A stretch of DNA of 64,000 nucleotides from positions 81,902,001 through 81,966,000 of the forward strand of contig OZ024741.1 of the NCBI GenBank assembly GCA_964016885.1, given 5' to 3'. Positions 1 through 12,287 of the stretch are shown one piece after another; within the stretch, counting starts at the first letter, position 1, and every line of letters starts with the position of its first letter. Position numbers and translations under genes: made by a program. The stretch comes from Eledone cirrhosa. Taxonomy: Eukaryota. The notes beneath the pieces were generated by a model. It made no database searches. It was given only the letters and a program-made list of their open reading frames with translations, and had not been told where the DNA came from.

Positions 1-199
1 TAATATATACTCCTATAACAAATAAAAGCAGATATACGTACGAGAAAGTATACGTACCTTCATAAAACATATTGGTAATATATACTTGCCTATACAAATA
101 AGTAATAGTATAAACATAAAATATACTTAGCTACCACATCCGCGTTTAGTTCGTACTATCCGTTAGGGTATAAAGTTGGGCTGTAATACAAGAAAGATT

Positions 200-756
200 T
201 GTGCAATTTATGTTTACAAGCCGAAATTGCCTCATATTTTTTGTTTAAGATGTGTTCATTGGCGTGGAGTATTTCCAGGGCTTCAGCGGCGCAGAGGTCA
301 CGTGGTTTTTTATTTCCGTTATACGATCTAGCCTAAGATAGGATCTCCCAGTGTAACCTATATTGGGTGTGGTTGTCTTTTAGACTCCAGATACAAGCTG
401 AAAGTGACGTCATACTCTTTCTTGAAGGGTTAATAAAAGAATGGGTATGCATGTAAAGACGCTGCTTGAATCTATTGGCGGTTAACCCATGTAGGCCCTA
501 CGGGACGTGGGTGTCTCAACCTTACATTTGTAGAAATGTTACTAGAGAGGGATTTCCCGGTTAGGGGGCAGTCAACCAGATTCCAACAATTACTGTTAGT
601 ACTAGCTACAGGGATGCAAGTGTCCATACGACTAGATAATTTAGCGAAATTTGAAGCAGTGATCTTATGTGCAAAGTTAGGAGTCGTAGAGTAAGAAATT
701 GTAATGGTATTACTATTAAAATTTTTATTATATTTATGTGCTGGGGGAAAATGCTT
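200..756 (-). mobile_element. Penelope-like element, decayed C-terminal linker and GIY-YIG endonuclease region
   Basis: Minus-strand translation HFPPAHKYNKNFNSNTITISYSTTPN...NCWNLVDCPLTGKSL and, near 210-330, DLCAAEALEILHANEHILNKKYEAISACKH. These match the recalled PLE motifs HFP..H...IFN...KVSYSC.PN, CNC...CPL.G.CL and C.LC..EK..I...LNKRSE..S.CRH. Confidence 0.75.
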
Positions 757-764
757 CACCCTCT

Positions 765-1172
765 CCATACAGGTTGAGACCAACCTCTCGGTCGTTAATT
801 ACCTCGAAGTTACCCTCAATTTGTCGAATAGCTTGCACTACCTGTATAGAAAGCCGAATGATACGTTTAATTACATAATCAAGCATTCTAACCATCCTGC
901 CAGCATAACCAAGAACCTGGTAAGAAACGTTTCTTTGAGGCTTTCCCGTCTATCTACAAACGAGCATATTTTCACCACCATTCCACATATTACAATGAAG
1001 CTCTTAATCGGAGTGGATTTGTCTATAAAGTAGCATATTCCGAGTATCAGCATAGACCTAGGAAAAATAGATCCCGACGCATTATATGGTATAACCCAAC
1101 ATATAATATGGAGGTGGCCACACCATTAGCTAAGATCTTTCTCTCCCTTATAAAGCATTTCCCCCCAGCATG
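765..1172 (+). mobile_element. Penelope-like element, decayed RT thumb region (inverted relative to 200-756)
   Basis: VNYLEVTLNL...YRKPNDTFNYIIKHSNHPASITKNL...RLSRLSTNEHIF, then IIWYNPTYN (1081) and LIKHFPPA (to 1170): typical PLE RT C-terminal motifs, with frameshifts and stops. Confidence 0.75.
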
Positions 1173-1442
1173 ACCTTTTTTTCGTTCTTTGCCAGGGAAC
1201 GTTTCCAAGAACCAAAGTATCGTCTTCCTGTCTCCCCTTGATTGCAACGTTTTTCGAAATATTTACTTCTGCGTTCACAGATTAATTTTTTTAGTTTCAG
1301 AAGATCCCGTTAAGGGTGAAAGCAGCGATTCTTTGCTTAAACTTTAATCTGTTATTTTAATAAATATTTGCTCTACGGTTTTTATATATTTGATATATAT
1401 TTATCCTTATCGAGCCCTCTTTGGATTTTAGTCTTCAAATTT

Positions 1443-1447
<5 letters not shown>
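1173..1447 (+). mobile_element. Probable Penelope-type pseudo-LTR with decayed hammerhead core
   Basis: cAGAAGA-tccc gttaa gggt-GAAA at 1298-1321 is one change from a CUGAAGA...GAAA core; the segment ends at a (TA)n tract. Confidence 0.4.
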
Positions 1448-1503
<56 letters not shown>

Positions 1504-2319
1504 TATTTATGTGTATATATTTATATTAACGAAACAGATGTCTTTATTCTTGTGATACATTCTACAATTTAACAGCAAAGCACATGCCAGTGTATGAGAT
1601 AACAGTATACATATATTCACACAATCTTTATATATTACATAACTTATATGAATTATATATGCACTGCAGCAACAGAAAGGTCATGAAAGAACAATTTATT
1701 AAAGCTGTTTATTATAATAAAATTTCTAATGTAATTGCAATCTATTACAATCTATTATGCATGTGCGAAATATATAAACAGTAGACCTATGTTGTCACAT
1801 AGCATTTTCGTTCATGAAATAAGTAAAACTATAGTAAATGTAGTTGAGAGGTTAACCCATTCGTGAACATTTTTCTAATGGTGGGAAGAAAAACTTATAT
1901 GCGGCATATCTGTTTCAATTAATTCTGAAACTAATCAATAATTTTGCATTATTTTATAGATAACTTTTTCATTATTAAATTTGTCTTTAGAATGAATATT
2001 ATTTAGCAAAGTGTTCATATATTGAAATTATTATAAAATATTTTCTTTCAATTGTAGGGGCAGACATGGCTGTATGTGGTCAAGTATTTCGAGTCAGAAT
2101 CACAACTTTTCGGGTTCATTCAAAACGTATGGTACATTGGGCAATTGTCTTTTCTTCTTCTGTAGAAACGTGTTCACCAAGACGTTGTGACTGAAGAATT
2201 CATATACGGGATGAAGATTAAGTCACACAGGTGACGCTGTCTACTCTTTCTGTCTCGAGAGGCTTATAGGTGTTAATTGTTAGACTATATTCTACAATCC
2301 ATAAATATGTGTGTGTGTG

Positions 2320-2351
<32 letters not shown>

Positions 2352-2664
2352 TGTATGTATGTATGTATAGGCGGTGAACTCTCAGTTTCATTAGAACGTA
2401 GGTTAGTATGATTTACGGTATTGGTTCCGTCTCTTTAACGCTCTAAGTCAGACACGCCAAGTTCAACTTTGCCTTCTATCCGTCCGATTTCGAGGAAAAA
2501 ATACCAGTGTTGTACTCGGTTTTATTTCACTTTATAAATATATCCCACTCCCTGTATATCACTCTCTCTCCTTCTCACCTTCTCTTGAGGAACTCAGGTC
2601 TGATCGGACTACGTTTGAAATGCTCAAGACATGCTATAGCTATACGTGAGGAAGAAGAAAAAAG

Positions 2665-3068
2665 TCTATTAGATCAAACCCTGTGCATTACTGATACTTT
2701 ATTTTATCATCTCTGTAAAGATGAAAGGCAGAGATAACCGCGGCGGGATTCGAACTCGCAACATAAAGGGCCGTTACTCTGTGCCACGAAGTATCTTGCC
2801 CGCTGCTCTACCGATCTCTGCCAATCCAGCACCGTAATAACAGTAATAATACTGTTTTCTTATATAGGCACAAGACCAGGAATTTTGGGGGAAGGGAAAG
2901 TCGATTAAATCGAACTCAGTGCATCACTGGTACTTCATATTATCAACCCGGTAGGAATGAAAGACAAAGCTAACCTCGGCGAGATTTGAACTCAGGTCAT
3001 AAAGAGCCGTACCTCCATGTTGCGAAGCATGGTGTCCGACCCTCTACGATACTGCCGATCCGCCGCCG
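2665..3068 (-). mobile_element. Two head-to-tail copies of SINE family A (tRNA-related)
   Basis: Copies at about 2665-2834 and 2853-3068, each with a B-box-like gagttc(a/g)aatc and the body ctttgcctttcatcc...ataaagtaccag; separated and followed by TAA-rich spacers. Confidence 0.8.
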
Positions 3069-3288
3069 TAATAATAGTAATAATAAAGACTTATACTCAT
3101 TACTAATATATCTATAATTATATTGCTGCTTTTATTGCAATCTATTTCTCTTCCTTTTTGTTCGATTTGAAATTATTTCATTTAAATGTCTCCAACTGTA
3201 TAAATTAACCTCCTACATACTCATCTCTCTCTCTCTCCCTCCCCCTCTCTCTATTTCTCTCTCCCTCTCTCTCTCTCTATTTCTCTCT

Positions 3289-3344
<56 letters not shown>

Positions 3345-3399
3345 CTATCTAACTCTCTATATATATATATCTATATCTATAACTATACATACATATACG

Positions 3400-3558
<159 letters not shown>

Positions 3559-3959
3559 TTATATACATACACACTCATATATATATATATATACACACAT
3601 GTATACATATATGCTATATCAGTATTAGTTTGATCGACAGATGCCTCTGAACAGAAGTGATCGTTGCGATTGTTCCTCCATCTTAATCCCCACGATGAAT
3701 ATAGTGAAGAATATTACTGCGAAAACTAATATTTTAACAGTAACATGAATACTCTTGCTTGCTCGCATCAAAGCTGCGTATTAGGAGGACATTTTAAACA
3801 GCCATAGTATTATTGAATTGGTCTATGTGTATAACGTGGGATTATGATGCATGTGCATTCGTGTATGTTTAACATATGTTTCTAAGATGTCATACACACA
3901 CCTACATATGTATATATCTATACATCTATCTCTCTATCTATCTATCTATCAATGTATAT

Positions 3960-3960
3960 G

Positions 3961-4013
<53 letters not shown>

Positions 4014-4096
4014 ATATATACTTATTTATACATATATATAATATATATATATATATAATATATATAATATATATATATATAATATATATATAATAT

Positions 4097-4128
<32 letters not shown>

Positions 4129-4200
4129 ATATATATATATATAATATATATATATATATAATTGTTTCTACTTTACGCACAAGGCCAGCAATTAATAATA

Positions 4201-4277
<77 letters not shown>

Positions 4278-4400
4278 TATATAATATATATATATATATA
4301 ATATATATATATATATATAATATATATATATATATAATATATATATATATATATAATATATATATATATATAATATATATATATAATATATATATATAAT

Positions 4401-4447
<47 letters not shown>

Positions 4448-4481
4448 TAATATATATATATATATAATATATATATATAAT

Positions 4482-4528
<47 letters not shown>

Positions 4529-4562
4529 TAATATATATATATATATAATATATATATATAAT

Positions 4563-4639
<77 letters not shown>

Positions 4640-4674
4640 CATTTTATATATATATATGTATATATATATATATA

Positions 4675-4720
<46 letters not shown>

Positions 4721-4725
4721 CATTT

Positions 4726-4779
<54 letters not shown>

Positions 4780-4810
4780 CATTTTATTTATATATATGTA
4801 TATATATATA
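3960..4810. repeat. Long interrupted (TA)n microsatellite containing an isolated SINE-A 3' tail (4161-4193, -)
   Basis: Direct inspection; attgtttctactttacgcacaaggccagcaatt is the reverse complement of the SINE-A 3' end. Confidence 0.95.
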
Positions 4811-5394
4811 TGCACATACGTTACAAACATTTATCTATGTATTCCAAACGTACATCCGTTCATTTATGTATATGAAAATTTCTTCTGTAAGGAAGAGCAG
4901 GCAAGTGAAATGTGATGACGATGATGATCTTGCACAGGGTCTGGAAGGGGGATAAAAGAATATGGCTGCCTAGAAAAGTTTTCATTCATCTTTGATTCCA
5001 AGTCACTGAGCCCCTAATCTCCACATGTCAATATGATGTATAGTGGCTGCCTATGTATAAACATTTCGATACTCAACACACTCATGGTAATTCACATATG
5101 AATGACTTGAACATATCACATGCTCTCTAGTAGACTAGGCAATAACAGAAAATAGCCCCAACAGGGAATTGGATCTGGCCTCTACAAATATAAATCAATG
5201 CTAAATATGTGGCGAATTTGTGGAGTCGTTAGAGCGTCAGATTAAATGTCTCTATTCATTCCAGCTCTCTGTTAGTCACTTCTTATGGCAGGAAGGATAT
5301 GCAGTCCATATTCTAAACCAGATATACACAAGGTTGGATTAAACAATTACAACAAATATCGTCATTGATATTTGTCTTTCATAATTTGATGCGG

Positions 5395-5590
5395 CATATA
5401 TTTATGACATTCTGAGTTCAAATCCCGCTGACCTTGTCTTTACCTTTCATCCTTACAAGGTCGATAACATACTGCACCAGTCATGGACTGGGATCAATTT
5501 AATCACCCCCCCCCCCCCCCCACACACACACACCTACGAAATAGAAAAAAATATGTTTGGCCTTGTGTTTAAACCGGAAATAATCATTTC
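5395..5590 (+). mobile_element. SINE family A, diverged copy
   Basis: ttctgagttcaaatcccgc...acctttcatccttacaaggtcgataa...ggccttgtg...gaaataatcatt. Confidence 0.65.
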
Positions 5591-5799
5591 TAACAACAAA
5601 ATAAAAAATGCGAGTGGAATGATAGAACACTTTGTGTCGGAGGAAACGCTTTAAGTTATTCGTTTCGGCTCATTACGTTCTGAACTAAAATCCCACCATT
5701 CTCAACTTTGTCAATCATCCACTCTAGGGTACCATCTCAGGTTCGAGGGTTGGCAGAATTGATGAAATATTCTGTGTTCAAATCCCTCATTTATAAATT

Positions 5800-6100
5800 T
5801 GGGGACGCTTTTGCCAAGTGTGGCGACCAACATGCAGTTTCATTAATTGAAAAGACCAATGGAAACATAATTGATTTGGTCCGATCGGACTATCGGCTTC
5901 TTTCATTCTTCTCTGTAGTTAAACGTAGATGCTAACAACTCCACCATTGTGTATTTTTTTTTTGAATGGTTGTTGCTATAGATTCTTGCTAATTTCTATT
6001 AATACACTTGGCAAATATCTTTTAATATCGTTAGATGTTTTCAAAGATTTTCTATGCCAATATACTTTCATACAAGAAAACTAAAATCAAAGCTTCTCTT
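5800..6100 (+). mobile_element. Possible mariner transposase relic
   Basis: DLVRSDYRLL resembles the mariner YSPDLAPSDYHLF motif; little else is recognisable. Confidence 0.3.
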
Positions 6101-6692
6101 TATTTTGATGAAAGCTCTGATATCGATGTATTTTGGGGGTAAATATTTGACGAGAATGGATGTATTTTGATTTTTAAAATAAGTTTTAAAAAGATACTGA
6201 CATGATTTATTTCAATATCATAGGAATATCATACCAATATTATCGGCTTTTGCCCACTAAAAATAGATCTATTGTCGAGGCTTATAACGACATGAATATA
6301 ACTGAATGATTAAAACATTGTAAAAACTTGATTCATAAGAATGTTTTAATACTTTGTAAATGTATTTAGAGAAGGTAATCAATATTACTCTATGAGCAAG
6401 AAATAATAGAGAGTTCAAAGCGTCTGTCCGTTGCACCCCCCTACAAAAAATAATGAAATAAAAGAGAAGAAAGAGAGAAGCAAATATTTCGTGATGTTAC
6501 TACGCCACTTGTTCAAGAATGGACGACTGAAGTAGCTACAACACAGTGTTGGCTTTCAGAAAAATAAAGCTTTTCCGTCAAGGTAGACTTAGAATGGTGA
6601 TGTCTCTCCTAGACAGTAATATTTTGAGAGAGCTTCTACGGTTGGATGCACTTCCTAACGCTAACCATTCTACAAATTATACGGGGTGCATC

Positions 6693-6727
<35 letters not shown>

Positions 6728-6800
6728 GGAGCTTCCAACAGTAATGGTTGCATTTTTTAAGGGTATGTCAATATTTATTTATAAAACTGATCTATATTGT

Positions 6801-6863
6801 ATTTTGTCTGATGAAAGCACACCATAATTTAACGTGGTGTCCTTGAAATATGTATAATAAAAT
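6801..6863 (+). ncRNA. Minimal type I hammerhead ribozyme (Penelope pLTR type) in a (TA)n-flanked insert (6725-6993)
   Basis: Stem I attttgt/ataaaat; CTGATGA 6808-6814; stem II aagcacacca/tggtgtcctt; GAAA 6845-6848; near-palindromic stem III tatgta; predicted cleavage after AUA at 6856. Confidence 0.7.
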
Positions 6864-6991
6864 AAATATGGTTTTATAAATATAGTTTCCATTATTTAAT
6901 ATCGTATGTTTACTCCAAATTCTTGTTGAGTGCTTTATATCAGTTATAAAAATATTTGCTTGTTGTATCCCAACAATTTAAATAGAACTTT

Positions 6992-7030
<39 letters not shown>

Positions 7031-7034
<4 letters not shown>

Positions 7035-7360
7035 TTTTGCAAGGTTTTTGATATGAAATCGTGAGTTGAAACAAATATTGATATATTTGGGGAGGGTCAT
7101 ATTGTTATAATATTGCCAGAAATAATAATAAAACACACTCACTGTTTGGTTTGGATTGGTTACCGCTTCTGTATCTTTTATATCTCCATAGTTAAGTTAT
7201 CTGGCAATCAATGTTTATCTTTGATTGACCAACGGTTAAAAATAGAGATATAAATATATATAGTCTATCAAAGTTCTTTCATCCACACCTATGACATCGT
7301 CAGTGGTACTATTATGTTTCCTCTCGTTGTATTGTAATATCCACGTCATATTTATTTCAT
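7031..7360 (-). mobile_element. Penelope-type pLTR fragment with decayed hammerhead (7266-7308)
   Basis: Minus strand tacca-CTGACGA-tgtc...ggat-GAAA-gaac-tt-tgata; the segment ends at (TA)n at 7030. Confidence 0.5.
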
Positions 7361-7409
7361 TTATTTGATAAATAAAATATGTCCATATTTAGTTAAAAGT
7401 ATGATGCTG

Positions 7410-7688
7410 CGAATGCACGTGACTGAATGGATAGGACGTTCTGTTGAACATCGTAAGTTCGATTTCCAATGGCACGTTGTGTCCTTGAGGTTTATTTCAC
7501 GTTGCTCCTGTCCTCTTAACTGGATAAAAATGTATTATACGTGTAATTTATTGAGCCAGACGTACTACATACTGTTATATACTGAATTTCCCTCAGAGCT
7601 ACGTTAAGATTAAAGCTATGTTTAGAGTTTCATGGCCACGTTCACAGTAATTTTATATACAAGCTGTTCCGTTGTTCAAAACGCATGT

Positions 7689-7690
<2 letters not shown>
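7410..7690 (+). mobile_element. SINE family B (tRNA-derived head, ccttgagcaagacacttta...cacgttgctcc core)
   Basis: Shares head and core with copies at 8240-8375, 35660-35780, 49435-49570 and 52255-52380, and the 3' part with 19520-19815. Confidence 0.6.
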
Positions 7691-7720
<30 letters not shown>

Positions 7721-7723
7721 GCA

Positions 7724-7755
<32 letters not shown>

Positions 7756-9449
7756 TATTAATACCTGCGGCACATGCAGATGATTCTGGAAAGAAATGTA
7801 CCTTAGATATAAATAATTAGTGTATTTGTCAAATGAGCACGCACGCCACGAGAGACCATTTAACCTGGGTATGAGTACATGCATGCTAACAAACCATTAT
7901 AAGGAGCATGTTAACATTTGATATTCCTGCTTTAAACGTACATTCTTGGCGTAATTTGAAAAAATACGTTTCATAATAATTAACACTTCTGGGCATAGCT
8001 ATTTCTTTATCTGTTAATGAACTTTGACAGTAAATCCTCATACGTACATATTTTATATTATTTCCTTTTTGATATATAATACATCATGGATTTTATTGCA
8101 CCTGTTCTTTATATTCTAGGCATTATGTCACTAGCTACTCATTGTTGATTTTTCAGCATTATATTTCAAAGAAAATTGTTATTCTTAAAAAACACTTTCG
8201 CTGACGTTTATTTACAATTTGCATTCAAAGATCATAGGAATGTTTAGTTAGTGTGTTGACTCACAATCATCAGGTTGTGGCTTCAAATCTTGAACGCGTT
8301 CCGATTGGCACATTGTGTCCATCAATAATATATTTATTTCATTTCACAGTGATTCTGAGCTAACTGAAATGAGTATCATTATCATCATCAGCAGCATTTG
8401 CGTGTTTATTCTGCTATAAACTGGTTACATGTCCAGAGAGGAGACGTATACTTTTAGTCTCGTCTCTTAACGCCACTAAAACTGGAATAATATTCGGCCT
8501 GTTGACACTCGTGGTTTGTGACAACGATTAACTTTAGCTAAAGACACAAGTTACAACCTCATTATCAAAGGGTTATATTTTGGGCTTAATATACTCACCT
8601 GGTTTTGCTATAATCATTTGTTTTCGTTTTCTCTAATGATACGGGCAGGAGAAATGATTCTGACCACGGCTTTTCCCTACCATCCCCAAGAACGGCCCAA
8701 AGTATGGTTAATGTTTCACTTGGATAGTTACAAATCGATAACTGCATTGGGAGAAACATGAGTAGGGAGGACATTTCAGATTATTATGTGTTTTCTGGTG
8801 GTGGAGTAGACAGAATACGGCTGACATGTAATGGGTAGGCGTTGCACGAAACTAGCCAGATGCAAAGAATAAAGTTCATTTTAATCACGGTTGAAAGGCC
8901 AGCTAAATGAGACAGCACAAGTATTGGTTTGTGATGGAATGATCATTGATATAGCATGGTTAATCAGCTCACTTCGCAATGTTAAATTCAGTGGTTCGAT
9001 ACCTCAGCATGACTTCTTGGAAATTTGGTATTTGCCAAAGCTGCAGGTCGACGCAAACTTTCTGGGCGAATTTATATAGGACTATACATGTACTGTATCT
9101 ATAATTCAAAGGAATACTCCTATTACGAATACTGTATTACGCTGTAATTGAAAAGGAGTGTCTTGTTCAAGAACACAATACGGCGCCTGGTCCCAGAATG
9201 TAAGTCACTAGCTTACAGTAAGACAAATACCCTAACCATTAGGCTATGAATGATAGTCTTGATATTGTAATCGAATTTACTTGAAATAGTATAATCCAAT
9301 TTATTTTCCAATATATTTGGTTTATTAAATCATTAAATGTTTAAATATCTGAAGTAAGTTGTTTATAAGATTATAATTTTCCAGACTACTACCATCATAT
9401 TTAACGTGCGTATTGACAATATTTATATCTACGTCGTTCCATTCTCAAA

Positions 9450-10130
9450 CTTATCACCAAATAATTGACTTCATACTAGACGAAGAAGAATGCCTGTACG
9501 TATAACGAACACAAACGCATCAATGTAGAAATACCAGGACAAACATCCCCCAAAGGAATATGTATCTCTAAAACAGTCGAACATGTACGTAAAATAATAT
9601 GACCTTAGATATGCCTGAAAATATGTTTTTTTAGAAACGCTGTTCTCCGTATAGATACAATATATCGATTAAGTATTACTGGCAGAGCACCCGGTAGGCA
9701 TCAGACCTAGGGTGACAGATGATTCTATAGGAATCAACATGACTGATGTGTTATCTCAGTGAAAGGTTCATACATTAACCATGTATCACTCACACGATAC
9801 TTAGAAAAGCAAACTCTCTGAGGTCAATGGTCCTGATCACCAAGTTCTTGATGTGCATTATTGCTAACATCTATGGCCTGGTGACCATAGATGTCATTAA
9901 GTTACCAAATATTTGCCATTAATCCAATGATAATAAGACTAGAAAATACTGATAATATTGATACTTACTGAGTACATTGATACACCTTGTTCTATTTCGG
10001 ACGAATCACTTTCAGCATACAAAATAACAAAGAGAAGCAATATGTAGAACACAATTCCCACAAGCATGCAGCTACGTAATTATACTTTCTAAAGATATCA
10101 TTGACAAACTCGACGTATTGAAATTCCACG
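9450..10130 (-). pseudogene. Decayed class A (peptide-receptor-like) GPCR fragment, about TM3-TM6
   Basis: One frame reads ACLWELCSTYCFSLLFCMLKVIRPK*NKVYQCTQ*VSILSVFSSLIIIGLMANIW*...VC..KY....WLMY (TM3/ICL2/TM4/ECL2-like). Other frames give LPVILNRYIVSIRR and YIFLWGMFVLVFL. Many stops; no DRY motif seen. Confidence 0.3.
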
Positions 10131-10769
10131 GTTCTTAACAACTAAGACAAAACAATTATTCTGAAAGATATTTGTACAATCCCACATAATTACATAATTT
10201 TGTTGCAGTAATTTATCACCTTTGAATAGATAAATGAAAAGGAAAACGGAATTAATTTATTTCATTTTAACACCCCACCTAATTATCAATAGCAATAGAA
10301 TCATCACACTGTTATCTCAATGCAATTACTGCATCATTATAGCATTCGAATCATTACGCAATTAATTATAACTCTCGAAATTTCAATTCCGTAAATAGAT
10401 ACTTCTTTATACACAGTATTAAGTTTAGCAATTCGTAATTCTGTCCATTGAAACACGTGTTTGTTGTTTTACAGTAAGCATGAGTTGGTAGTGTTATCAA
10501 TTAATGTTTCATGTATATGTTATCTTAGATAATATAAGGCAGGATGCCTCTTTTTAAATTCAAAAGGCATTAAAGGTATTCAATGTGTGAGTTAAATGAG
10601 AAGATAACAAAAATTAAGAGAATTACTTCGGAACAACTCTACCAGAAGATGCTGAAAATAGACACCTCTAAATATCTAAGGCTGATATATGCCGTTATCA
10701 CTGACGCTACTACCAAATCTTACAGATATATCAGAATATATAGTCTATTGTATCTAAGCTAGGCCAAGA

Positions 10770-11990
10770 AGCAAGCCAGGTGCAGTTTGCTGTAGGTGTG
10801 GGCAGTGGGTGGGAGGGACTCACCCACGCCGTTAGGCATTTCATCAAAACCTACCCTCTCAAGGCAGTGCTCAGTGATCCCAGGCATCTCATCATGAAAC
10901 TTAACATCAGAAATACCTTCAACTGTCTTTACCCTCGGGTCACCGATTATTCCCCCTGCTATTCCCTTAACCCTCTACCCTACACCAGATAGAATTCATG
11001 ATGAGCAGACTGAACCTGAATGAAGCCCACCCGGCACCTTTTCTGTTGAAGAAATGCTTCGCCATTCCGAAGTTCTTATACACATTCCACAATAACCCCT
11101 TCTACAGCCAATCCTGTCTCCTCAGAGATCTCGGCGTCTGCATCCGGCAGTCTGCCGAGGAGATATGCAGGGTCGGTTTTGATGGCATAGGATGGTAGCA
11201 GGGCACAATACCCGTCAGATAGGGTGGCCCCAGACTTCGGTCTCCTATCCCACTTGCACTGATTTTCTTTCGTCGGTGACCTCTTGCCATGTCCTAATTA
11301 ACAGAAATCTCTACAACACAACTGAACCTTTTGTGATCAAGAAGCGCGAAGTGGCCTACGCGAAATGGAACAAGCTCGGCCTCCGCCATTTAGAATCCAT
11401 CTCCCGCTCCCCTCCGTAGATGTCCAATCACCCCTAAAGAAATGGGATGCCATAATTGAAAACATGATTTCAGACGGTCTGGTGCATGATTTCAGACGGT
11501 CTGGTCACATGATGTGACCAGCAATGTCAGGCATGTTTGCACACGGTTTCCTAACCCCACAGTGATTCCTGGCTCAACGCAGTCCCCTCACTTTCAACTG
11601 GTACTCAACTGGACAGAGACTACTTGCACATTGGTGTTTCCATTAGACTCGGTCTTCGCGTCTATGACCCTCATAAATGCCGCTGTGGAAACATTGTGCA
11701 TACCGTTGGTCTTAAAACATGAACTAGACGGTGCATAATTCCCTTCTCACCTCGAGCAAGAAGAGCTGGACCTAGGGGACGGCAAAATCCAGACGGTATC
11801 ATACTTTCCCTGTTACGCGTGGGATACCACATATTGTTACACCTACTCAACTAGGCTCTGCTGCCGGCCAAGACGAAGAGGCCAAACTGGCCAAGTAACG
11901 GCCGCTCTCACATTGGTTTGTGGTAGAGCATATAGCAGTAGAGACTTCCAGTGTATTAGCTCCCAGAACACATCCGCCTACAGTTGCGAG
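10770..11990 (+). mobile_element. Degenerate CRE-clade non-LTR retrotransposon (RT plus RLE endonuclease remnants)
   Basis: QFAVGVGSGWEGLTHAVRHF...KLNIRNTFN; FLLKKCFAIPKFLY; QGTIPVR*GG; SWLNAVPS...IGVSIRLGLRVYDPHKCRCG; KLAK*RPLS..FVVEHIAVETSSVL. Motifs occur in CRE order with internal deletions. Confidence 0.65.
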
Positions 11991-12185
11991 CCCTACGAGT
12001 TGTAGTGGTTGTTCCAGCGCGCCTCCCTCTGCTTTTACCAAGGCCATGTATTCTCCATCCTGTCGACCGGGACCCAGAGGTGGAGGGTACCTTAGTTTGA
12101 AGTGGAGGATATTCGTTCGGACGACACTTTCTCTCAATTTCTTTATATATACAATACAAACAAACACGCACACACACACACACAC

Positions 12186-12236
<51 letters not shown>

Positions 12237-12239
12237 CGC

Positions 12240-12287
<48 letters not shown>

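Noticed and set aside
11463-11510. 21-nt direct duplication catgatttcagacggtctggt
   Set aside because: Local slippage inside the decayed CRE element; not a TSD.
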